Source: Rhizodiscina lignyota
Taxonomy: Eukaryota
Assembly: GCA_010015805.1 (NCBI GenBank)
Contig: ML978125.1
Location: 1,240,001 to 1,304,000 of the forward strand
Direction of reading: 5' to 3'
DNA: 64,000 nucleotides
In this document: positions 46,126 through 56,325 of the stretch, in pieces
Position numbering within the stretch: position 1 is the stretch's first letter
Layout of the letters: each line of letters starts with the position of its first letter
Position numbers and translations under genes: made by a program
Notes under the pieces: model-generated
Told to the model about the DNA's origin: nothing
The model's input: the letters and a program-made list of their open reading frames with translations, nothing else
The model's database searches: none

Positions 46126-46620
46126 GATGACTGAGGAACGGTGGGTGATTGTTTGATTGGAGCTGGAAGAGTGGTTGGAAGTTTGATGGCGAAGTTGGAA
46201 AGGTTGAAAGTGGTTGAAGAAAGAAGAGAGAAGCAGGAAAGGAAGAGGAATATATATACAGGCAATCGTGTGTTTGAGTGTTTTCATAACAAGCCACCGT
46301 GAAGATCATCGCCGGAATGCGCTAGTTTTATGGCGCCTTACCACACACGTGGTGGCGAGAGGTGAAGGTAGACGGCTTGCAACACCATAGCGGACACAGC
46401 ATTTGAATGGCCCATGTGAATGGGGCAAGGATTGGAGAGAAACCATTCGGCGAAGCTTATTGACACAACAAACTTGCATGCTAGTGTGGAATATCAGAGT
46501 ATCAAAGACATTCGTCGATTCGGACGTAATAGTGAGTGAAGCTTCCGTGGCTCAGCCGGGTGACGTGGACTGGTAATTGGAGAACGGGTATCATAGAGTT
46601 TCTACACGAAGGTAACTTAA

Positions 46621-48171
46621 TTAGCTCAAAAGGCCTCTCCTCTCTTCGTCATGGTTCGCGTTATCCTCATGCTGTTGAGAGTCTCTGGTTCTCCATCGCA
46701 TCCAGACACCCGGTAACCTTATTCCCCAGTGCCATACCATCCCTACCACAAAGCCTACGCCATCATTCTTGAAGGCAAGAAGTGTTGCCACAGTGACGAC
46801 CATTACTGCGATTCTTTCTTTGCGCTCCCTATCTGTAAGCTCTTTCAATTTCCTCCTCTTTCCAGCGAGAGAAATACCATTCTCGAGAACTCCGTCCGCA
46901 TCTTCTCTCGATCCTTCTTCTGCATCTGCCTCCTCCCAGAGATCGCGGGCTCCATCATTCACAGTTCCACCTACCTTCGCGAGCTCGACTCCCGCTGCAA
47001 TGACCATTACACCTAGCAAGCCCTTCGGGAACACTTCTAGCACACGGACCATACTCTGCTCTCCTCGACTCGCAGCCAGGGCTACAACTCCTAAGAGAAT
47101 CTTGACGATGCCTAATACGATAACACTTGCGCCACTTCGAGCGCCAAACTTATGCTGGCCTGCTAATCCACCGGATCCATGGCATGCTGGCATGGCACCA
47201 AATATGCAACCGAGAAAATTCATGATGGAAATGGAGAAACCCAGCGCTCCAGGAGATGGTGCAGGAGGAAATCCAGACGGATAGAGGTCAGAAGCTAAAT
47301 GTGTCACCGCAAGAATAGAATTCAAGGTTGTTAGAGGAAGCTGTCCAAGAGCTGTAGACAACGTATCGGCGAACACTGACGGTCGTGGCCATGATGGTAG
47401 GTGATCGAATCTTTCTGAAAGAATAGCTGGGCCGTTCTCAAAAGAAGATGAGTCGGTGTTCGTATGTAGTCGGATAAACGCCAGTAACAGTCCGGCCACA
47501 AATATCACAAGCGCGGCAGGAATCCTCGATGCACCACCTCTTAAAGAACCAACCTCGCTTGCGAGTACTACTAGAGTAGCAACAATCGCCCATATCAGAT
47601 TATCTCCCCACCACGTTCCTCTCCAACCAAGTGGAACTAGCATCTTCTCTCCAGCGCTCAGACACAAGCTGAGTCCAGCACCCATTTGGATACCCTTGAC
47701 AACAGGTACGGGGACCCATCTCATGAGACCCCATCCTCTCGTCTTCTCTCTGCCGTTGCTCTCTTTACTCCCGATTTCCTCGTTTCCACCAAGTAGTCCG
47801 GTTATTGTCAAGACGCCCACTGCGATGGCCATGCTCAGTCCGCTCGCCATGGTCTCTTCAACTCCATAGCTCTTTGCAATAGCTACAGCCGCGATGGCTT
47901 TCATTGGCTGTACCGGGAGCGGTACGCCGAAGAGGAGGCCTGTCAAGACATTTGCAGCGCCGGTGAAGAGGAGCGTAGGCGCGAGGAGGATACTATGAGT
48001 GAGAGTGAGGGCAAGAAGGAGCGGTAAGAGAGTGCCTAGGTCGCCGAGGGAACCTGAAAGCTCAGAGAGTGGAGAGGAGCGGAGGGTTTGGATGTTGTAG
48101 TTGTTGATGCGGCGGAAGAGCGTAAAAGGTTGATGCGGGGGTGAGAGGAACGAAGGCAGTTGTAGAGGCAT
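46621..48171 (-). CDS. Molybdate transporter, MOT1 family
   Basis: Motifs ELSGSLGDLGTLLPL, PLPVQPMKAIAAVAI, QLPLTTLNS and FGAMPACHGSGGLAGQHKFGAR; multi-TM; intronless. Confidence 0.9.
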   Translation of the reverse strand: MPLQLPSFLSPPHQPFTLFRRINNYNIQTLRSSPLSELSGSLGDLGTLLPLLLALTLTHSILLAPTLLFTGAANVLTGLLFGVPLPVQPMKAIAAVAIAKSYGVEETMASGLSMAIAVGVLTITGLLGGNEEIGSKESNGREKTRGWGLMRWVPVPVVKGIQMGAGLSLCLSAGEKMLVPLGWRGTWWGDNLIWAIVATLVVLASEVGSLRGGASRIPAALVIFVAGLLLAFIRLHTNTDSSSFENGPAILSERFDHLPSWPRPSVFADTLSTALGQLPLTTLNSILAVTHLASDLYPSGFPPAPSPGALGFSISIMNFLGCIFGAMPACHGSGGLAGQHKFGARSGASVIVLGIVKILLGVVALAASRGEQSMVRVLEVFPKGLLGVMVIAAGVELAKVGGTVNDGARDLWEEADAEEGSREDADGVLENGISLAGKRRKLKELTDRERKERIAVMVVTVATLLAFKNDGVGFVVGMVWHWGIRLPGVWMRWRTRDSQQHEDNANHDEERRGLLS

Positions 48172-49807
48172 AGCGGCGTCAGTCTGAACGACGACTTTGT
48201 GATAAAAGAGGTCAAGATGCCTTCAGGGCTACGAGAAGTACAGTTGAAAACTCATAGTCCCCGGAGCTTGTAGGCTACTACCAGTCACTATCTTGTGATC
48301 GGTTGTGCAAGGATGGAGTGGGATGACATGCACATATCTCAAAATAGTTAGACACTCCTGAACTGGCCAATCATGTTGCGATAGAGGTTTACATCTGCAA
48401 TTCGCATTCTCACCTTCTCGTCCATGAATCGAATAGGTGTATAGAAATGTAGAGCATTCAGGCAGGTCTCGAAATATTCCGTTCATGCGGAGGGTATCAT
48501 GTTTGACACCCCCTGCTACCTTTCCCTTCTTTGTACAGAGCAGTCTAATGGCTACTCTATTCTGTTCGAGCGTTTCCCCGTGGATCGACATAGCTTTATA
48601 ACGGACATATTTTTTCTATTTATGAAGGCAGCAGAAAAAGGGAGCTTAAGAAACAGAAGCCAGTTCGAGTCGTGATCCTCTCACATGGTTGAATCTAAGG
48701 GGGGAGATATGAAGGGCGTCGGGTGTCCGCTTGACTGTCGATTTAGGCTTGGCGAAGCACGCAGACAATCTGTCTCGTGAATTTCTAATCAGCATTTTGC
48801 TTCAATATCGTTCAAATGGAGTGGTATATAAGCTCTTGACCCATCTCTACGAGACCTGGCCCTGGGCACGAGGGTGACAAAATAGTCGAGTCCTGCGAAG
48901 TTTGAACGTGTTCAATAGAAACGAGGTTTTCTCTTCAACGCTAGTAAGAGTATCTCTAAAAGGTCGATACACTATATACTAGAGTTTATTTATCTAAAAC
49001 ACGCAGCTTCAGGGTATATGGCTTATATTAACTATCGAGGATATACATCCTCGTAGTTCTGTATATTGCAGCCACGACTCAACTATTTTGTCACCCACTT
49101 GCCCCGGGGCACCAATAAGGTTCATCCCGAGGCTAGAGTGTCTGTTTCAGGACTAGCGTATTTTCAGTCAATCGTCAGCAGTCAACCCAACCTCTCCACG
49201 TCCATATTGTACAACTCTTCAACAATTCTACACTCTTCAAGGACCCCCTTCCTCCTCTGATGATGTGCCGTATGCAGGCCCGGATCTCAGCGTTTGGATT
49301 AACGCCGATATTGGTTTAAAGAGTCTCAGCCCTAGTTCGTATCGTATGCGGAAAACTTACCTATTTGAATTGGACCCACCAAACAGCGGCCGTCAATCTC
49401 GACTTTTCGGACTTCGCCAACGCTCCGAGCGGACGAATCAAACCGGAAGAGATCGTGTGAATGCAAATACTATTAGTAGGCTTTCCAATCAAGAGGATCA
49501 ATATAGGCGGTGGGCATCCGGGGCTATGATCACTGAACAGGAGTTAAGCTTCTTTTTCCCCGGATAGCGGCACGTAAGGCGCAGATCCAAACCCGCACCT
49601 GTCAACCAACCATGTCCAGCGAAGTATCGGCAGCTAGAGCTTCGCTGGGGAAATGATGTCGCGATACACTCATAGACCGATAGTCCGTCTTGGCCTTGAA
49701 TAACTTTCCGTTTCCGTTTTCTCTTCGTTTATTTCTTATTTTGACCTCATACCTTGTTTACGTTTCTCAATGTCGATGAATTCATTGTGAACTTGACTAT
49801 TTCTTTC

Positions 49808-51552
49808 ATGGCGGCGTCGAAAGCCCCGACACGGGAACTGGACGACGAGAAGGTGGAGCTTGCGGCAGATGAGGGGCATGACGAGCGAGAACGTACATTA
49901 AGCCGAAAAGAAAAAGAACTTGAGGTCGATGTCGATTTCGGACAGCAGTATGGGCATGATATTGAAAAGGATGCTGTAATATCGACATCTCCACGAGAAT
50001 CCAGCAATATATCTGTTTCGCCACCAGACGAAGAAGAGAACCAGGAACCTGAGGATCCAAATGTGGTCTTCTGGGACGGACCGAATGACCCTGCAAATCC
50101 CATGAACTGGTCCAGCAGCAAGAAATGGGGCAGTATTGCAGTCGTATCAGCCATCACCTTTCTCTCGCCTCTCGGCTCGTCCATGATCGCCCCAGGTGTA
50201 CCAGGAATAATGTCAGAATTCCACTCTGATAATGAACTGCTCTCTGGCTTTGTCGTCTCGGTCTACGTTTTAGGGTTCGCTTTTGGCCCTCTTGGTCTGT
50301 CCTCTCCGTTCTTCATGCTTAAAGCAATCATATTGACTAAGGAATAGTGATTGCGCCGATGTCTGAAATGTGGGGTCGCCTACCGCTTTACCACTCTTGT
50401 CAAATTCTCTTCCTTCTGTTCACCTTGGGGTGTGCGCTGAGCAAGAGCATGGGCACGCTGATAGGACTTCGTTTCCTGGCAGGCTCAGTAGGCGCCTCGC
50501 CGTTAACACTTGGGGGTGGGACGATCGCAGATCTGATACCGCGAGAGAAGAGAGGTATGGCCATGGCAATGTGGGTCCTCGGACCAACCCTTGGTCCAAC
50601 TATTGGCCCAGTAGCGGGTGGGTTCATATCAGGATACCTCGGCTGGAGATGGAATTTCTGGATTTTGACTATGCTTGTACGTGGCCATGTCGAAAATATA
50701 CAGCCTTGAGACCAGAAGCTAATCATTTCGCAGTCCGGTGCTAGCAGCATCATGGGCTTCATCCTGCAGAGGGAGACATACGCGCCCGTAATCCTTGCCA
50801 GGAAGGCGAAACGCCTGCGTAAAGAAACCGGAAATGACGCTCTTAGATCGAAGCTCGACAAGGGACTCTCAGCCCGTGACCTTTTCTTCTTTTCGATCGT
50901 ACGCCCGTCGAAGATGCTACTCTTCTCGCCCATTGTGCAGGCCATCAGCACTTTCGTCGCGATCGAATATGCATACCTCTACATGCTTTTCACGACATTC
51001 ACATCCGTCTTTGAGGAGCAGTACCATTTCGCTCCGACTCTTGTCGGTCTTGCCTTCCTGGGGTTGGGCGTCGGTCAGATCTGTGGGCAGCTCGTGTACA
51101 CTTTCTACGGTGACAGGCTCCCCAAGAGACACATGGCGGCAGGAACATTCAAGCCGGAGCACCGCCTCCCCATGATGATCCCCGCAGCATTCTGCTTGCC
51201 GATCGCGCTGTTTATCTACGCATGGACCGTACAGGCGAAGGTGTTCTGGATTGTCCCAATTATCGCGACCGGTATCTTCGGGTTTGGTTTGCTGCTGAGT
51301 TTCATGCCGGCCAACACGTATCTGGTGGATGTGTACACTGTGCATGCAGCTAGCGCCATGGCAGCAAATACGGTGCTGAGGTCCGTCCTGGCGGCTGTAC
51401 TACCATTGGCAGGGCCAACGATGTACAGGCGATTAGGTCTTGGATGGGGCAATAGTCTGTTGGCGTTCATTGCGGTTGCGATGCTGCCGATTCCATTTGT
51501 ATTTGTCAAATACGGCGAACAGATACGGAAGAGGGAAAAAGTGAGACTTTAA
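49808..51552 (+). CDS. MFS multidrug transporter (DHA1 family)
   Basis: Introns 50295-50347 and 50677-50733. Motifs [42 protein letters not shown] and PEHRL. Confidence 0.95.
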
Positions 51553-51895
51553 AAAGTTTTGTATTTTAAGAATAGCATTGCATCTGAGACTGGAATGAAG
51601 AACATGAATGGAATGACGCTTGAGGAGTTGTGAGTTCGCGGTGAAAGTATTAATAGCCTTCCCCAACTCGCTTGCATAACGAATGGTATTTGCACCGATG
51701 TTGCGCGTTGTTAGCAGCGGTACAAGTTTCCGGTTCTGCAAAATCCCCTTCAACTCCAACTTCGCCCGTTTCGGTATGGGATTCGTATCCTCTCTGCTGC
51801 CCTATCCCAGTTCCTCAACATCCATCGAATCCCTCTACTTTGTGTCCCACTGTCCAACATAGGAGTTCGACGGCCCATATGGCGCCCCTCGTCCA

Positions 51896-52486
51896 CTAAA
51901 AATCGGCACCAAAAGATGCAAACTGATCATTCAGCGCGTCCGTGTCACTTGCTGCATAGACATGAGTGGGGAGCGGCTCATGACTTCCTTCTGATTGCCC
52001 TAGCACCCAGGCTAGAGTTCGTAGTTTGCGTTCCTTAGACGAGAGGGTTTGTGATTCAGCAGGTTGCGTAGATCTGTCGGCGGCAGTGCTATCTAGGAGA
52101 GGCCAGAGCTCCTTCGGCATGTCCTCCCGAAGAGATTGAACAAAGTCCTCGAACCTGAAAGAGTTGAGAGCCGCAACCACCGCTCCGACTTCAATAATGT
52201 TGTTGAACATAAGTGGTGTGAGTGTCGGTTTTATCTTGTGCGAAAGGAGCACGATGAACTTCGTGGCGCAACGTGCGATGAATATCTTGGCAGCTGGTCG
52301 TATGAATGCCCCCCAATTCTCCTGTTTGAATACGGCGTTCACTATCTTTGCCACCACTTGCGGCTCAAGAGCGACGTCTTGTGGACAGGTAAGATGCAGC
52401 CTCTCGCGATGCGGAAGGTTCTGCGACACTTGCTCGGTCCCTTCAGGGTTGGACTGATTCGGCTGATGCGCTTGGGGAGAAGCCAT
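51896..52486 (-). CDS. Divergent histone-fold protein (NF-YB/Dpb4/NC2-beta-like)
   Basis: DVALEPQVVAKIVNAV..IRPAAKIFIARCATKFIVLLS..IEVGAVVAALNSFRFEDFVQSL aligns by eye with the H2B-like fold consensus (LP.A.V.RI.K..I..EA...IA.AA..FI.YL..TI...DV..AL..L.FEDFV..L). Confidence 0.6.
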   Translation of the reverse strand: MASPQAHQPNQSNPEGTEQVSQNLPHRERLHLTCPQDVALEPQVVAKIVNAVFKQENWGAFIRPAAKIFIARCATKFIVLLSHKIKPTLTPLMFNNIIEVGAVVAALNSFRFEDFVQSLREDMPKELWPLLDSTAADRSTQPAESQTLSSKERKLRTLAWVLGQSEGSHEPLPTHVYAASDTDALNDQFASFGADF

Positions 52487-53236
52487 ACTTCTGCAAGAAT
52501 AGTTCTTAATCTGATAAACGAGGGTTATGCTGAAGAAGACTTGAAGGAACGTGGAGATCGAGAAAGCATGTCTGCCGGCTCTTAAATCTTCTATTCAATC
52601 GGAAGTGGCAATACTGTCATGCTCTGTCGAGGCTTGTGACTGTCTCCACGAAAGTCGTTCTTTCCTCAAGAGTTGTCTGTGAAATGTCGCGAGACCCGCA
52701 AGCCATATTGCAAGAGCAGGTGCTGTCCACCAGACTCTACCTCAACTGCGGTTGTCGTAGATGATACTAATGTCATATTTATCTCCGTGGTTCAAGATCC
52801 TATTCAGCTCGAAATGCGCTGAGATTCCGTCGGTTTGCTTGCGGGCCGCATCGCTATTGCGAGTAGCACTGCAATTTCTACAGTCTTGTGCAGACTCTAA
52901 CCATCGCAGCGCATTGTACGCCAGGTCGTCAAGGCGACGACAAAAGCTATGGCATTCTACTTCAGCATATAAAATTACTACAAGCTAAGCAAAATCCATC
53001 AAGGTTCTCTCCTCCAGGAACATCTCAAGTATATCCTCAAGTCTTTTCACAGACACTCCATTCACGTACCTAGGTGTAAAGCGCACTTGAAAGCTGAGCG
53101 CCAATGTTTATGTATTCAAGCCCCCTGAGAACCTGAAAGGTACCAAGCCGGGAGAGACAACGTTAAAAGGCTAAACCTGTTTTAGACTAGCGCAACGTCT
53201 TCTAACTTCGCCCGAGGAGACTTTTTGTCGACCCAG

Positions 53237-54559
53237 TCAATGATGGCATGCATGGCCTCCTTGCGATGCTCGAGGCTTCAATGCCATGTTCAGGACCTCA
53301 AGCACCTGTGATTTATCCGTCATCGGTACTGGATTCGTTGGGATCCAGCGATCATGCATAGAGTTCTCAGCCAACATGTCCAGCTTGTCCGGTCCGATTC
53401 CAACCTCTTCCAAAGATCCAGGCATTCCAAGTTCCTTCACTATGGCAGCTATCAGGTCACCAGCATTCGAGGTGCCCTTTTCAATGCCGTTGCCCTCCAG
53501 CATGTTGGCAACTGTAGGTTCACTCCACAGTATGTCTAATATTTTTTGCTGTCGCTTCCTGACCCCCTCATCACCATGCTGGTAATTGTACTCCATCACC
53601 GATGGAAGCATAACGCAGCTCGTCTCTCCATGTCCAACACCCAGCGGTCCAAGTTGATGGCCAATACCATGACTAGCACCCATGGGGACGCCGAACTTGT
53701 GGCCTCTCATTGCCTCTATCACGCCAAGCATTTCGTTAAGCCTCGCTTCTTCGTTCCCCGGGTTGTTCTTTGTAACAAGCAAATTCGGGACAAGTAATCT
53801 CAGGCCCTTCTCGCAAACGGAGTCACTCTCCTCATTCGCTTTCGGGGACATGGAACAGAGACCTTCTACGCAATGGTCTACTGCTCGAACTCCTGACTGT
53901 AGCCATACGTATTCTGGAGTTGAGATTGACAGTGCAGGATCGAGGATTACCAGAGAACAACCCATGGAAGGGTAGTTGAAAGAATGTTTGCGATGAGTCC
54001 TGAGGTCTGTTGCGCCTCCGTTAATCGAGTATTCTCCTCCAGACAGGGAGGTCGGTATATTGATGATCGGAATCGTGCAAGGCTTGACGTCCTTGGGATT
54101 CTCGTCAGTAGAAAACGTCCCCAGGTCCTCAACTGTAAAGGCATTATTAGCCACAGCCTACAACGCCATTAGCACACGTTCCTCGACAAGACACGACGAG
54201 ACGGTCCGTACAAGAGACACAACTTTTGCGCCGTCCGTGAGAGAGCCAGCTCCGAGTGTTACAATAAGGTCCGCATCTCTGTCGTGAACGTCTTTTGCAA
54301 CTTCTACTACGTCATCCCAAGGAACATGCTGTCTAATACCACGTCGAACGCCAACGACCTTGCCTGACAAAGCTTTCTCTAAGGATACGAAGTTTTCAGT
54401 CCCGCTGATAGATTTGGAGACAATCATATAGACTCTAGATGCTTTAAAAGTATTTTCGACATGGTGAGCACAAGCAGTGGTGAATGCCAAGCCTGTGGAG
54501 ACATGCGGTCGTGGATTTGGAGGTACAGCGAGGAAGTACTGCTCCCCTTTAGCTGCCAT
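53237..54559 (-). CDS. Iron-containing alcohol dehydrogenase / maleylacetate reductase-like
   Basis: Intron 54211-54158. Motifs TLGAGSLTDGAK, IPTSLSGGE, RAVDHCVE and metal ligands SHGIGHQLG..GHGET. Confidence 0.92.
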
Positions 54560-55116
54560 GTCGAGGCAAAGTCTTATTGAATACCCAAAAGGGCCGAAGG
54601 GATTGACGATAACTCAAGCTCCACAATTTGCGAATTGGACTCCGTGGAGATATGCAAGTCCTCTCAAGCAGCATGATATGTCAGCGTTCTACGTTTCGTG
54701 GTGTCTTCGTGAGACTGCAAGGATGCAACGGATAAGTTCCGAGGCTTCAGGAGCGGCAATCCAATGCCCATTGCAGGGGTATTTACAAACAAGGTTTAGC
54801 GCGACATATGAGGCGTGACTGAGACGAGATAGCCGACTTGCCGATATGCTCTTCCATATACCGCGTCTGTATTAGTGAATTCGCCATGACGTCCCTTGCT
54901 AGGATTAGAACGTTAGGAAGCATACTCCGTAGGCATTAGCCTTCCAGTTAACGCTTTCGTCTAGAACGCGCCGGTGTGTTAAGCAATCACCGGTATCGTA
55001 TATAGTTAGTTTCTTTGATCGAACTCCACTCAAATATTTCAACCTCTTGGCAGAGTTCTTCGTATCTTTCCTCTTATCATCTCTCGTCCTGACATCCAGC
55101 AGAAAGGCGAATCAGA

Positions 55117-56208
55117 ATGGAAATCACTGCCAGAGATCTATTCTTTTGGCTCTTTACCATTTTAATCACCGGCCTTCCAATCATCATCTACTTTGGTGAA
55201 AAGCGTGTTCGCAAGCTTTCACCAAGCGATTGGATACCAATTCCTCCAGCAACGGAAATAATATCTCTTCGTATCTACCCCATCAAGTCATGTCGAGGCA
55301 TTGAAGTCCCCTCGGTGAAGCTGCTTAAAACTGGTTTGGACCTGGACAGACAGTGGATGTTTATCGATGTCTCTGAGAAACACAAATTCCAGACGATCCG
55401 CGAAGTATCCAAATTGACGCTGATCAACACCGCCATCAATTGGGAGACAGACGAGCTCGAAATCAGTATAGCGAACGACAAGAGTAATCCACCCACAAAA
55501 GTGGTTGTTCCGGCGCATCCGAGTGAGGAATGGCTCGCAGAGAACACGACATTGACGCATGCTTTCATCTGGAGCGAGACTCACGATGCTTACGTCTACC
55601 CCGAATCCATTAGCAAGCCGTTTTCCGATTTCCTTGACATGGAGGTTCGGCTGGTCATCAGAGGACCAACACCGCGCGTCCTCCGCGGTTGCGGCGCACC
55701 CAAGTTATTAGGCAGAACCGAGGCGATAAAATGGGCGGATATGGCACCAGTCCTTCTCACGAACGTTCGAAGCATCAATGAACTTAATAATCGGCTCATG
55801 CAGCGCGGCTATGATGCAATTACTTTGGAACGATTTAGGCCGAATATAGTTGTAGCTGGTTCGGACGCTTGGGCTGAGGACATGTGGAAGACTGTCAAGA
55901 TGAGTCCTCGCGAGTCGGATCACGGCAGCAGTGAAAAGAAAAAGCGTAACGCGAGCATTATCATGGATGTGACTTCGCGTTGTGCGAGGTGCCATGTCCC
56001 AAATGTCGATCCGGACACTGGTATGGCTCACAAGGAGCAACCATTCGATTTGATGTATACGTATCGGAGGATAGACGAGGGTGCTAAGTACAAGTCGTGC
56101 TTTGGTATGCTTTGCGCCCCAAGGTCGGAGGGAACGATCAAAGTTGGAGACAAGTTTGAGGTCACGGCAGTCACTGCTGAGCATAAATTCATCTCGCCGA
56201 TGAAATGA
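55117..56208 (+). CDS. MOSC-domain protein (mARC-like, Moco-binding) with N-terminal membrane anchor
   Basis: Motifs LRIYPIKSCRG, DRQWM, ERFRPNIVV, RCARCHVPNVDP (Moco-ligating Cys region) and GTIKVGD. Confidence 0.93.
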   Translation: MEITARDLFFWLFTILITGLPIIIYFGEKRVRKLSPSDWIPIPPATEIISLRIYPIKSCRGIEVPSVKLLKTGLDLDRQWMFIDVSEKHKFQTIREVSKLTLINTAINWETDELEISIANDKSNPPTKVVVPAHPSEEWLAENTTLTHAFIWSETHDAYVYPESISKPFSDFLDMEVRLVIRGPTPRVLRGCGAPKLLGRTEAIKWADMAPVLLTNVRSINELNNRLMQRGYDAITLERFRPNIVVAGSDAWAEDMWKTVKMSPRESDHGSSEKKKRNASIIMDVTSRCARCHVPNVDPDTGMAHKEQPFDLMYTYRRIDEGAKYKSCFGMLCAPRSEGTIKVGDKFEVTAVTAEHKFISPMK

Positions 56209-56325
56209 AGGCGACGTAGGAATATGCGGATTTCGGATTTCGGAAAAGTTATTGATTGGTGCAAAATGTATGATGAGAGTGGGTGGTCCTCTATCTAAGT
56301 TGAGAAATTATCATGGGTATCCTTT

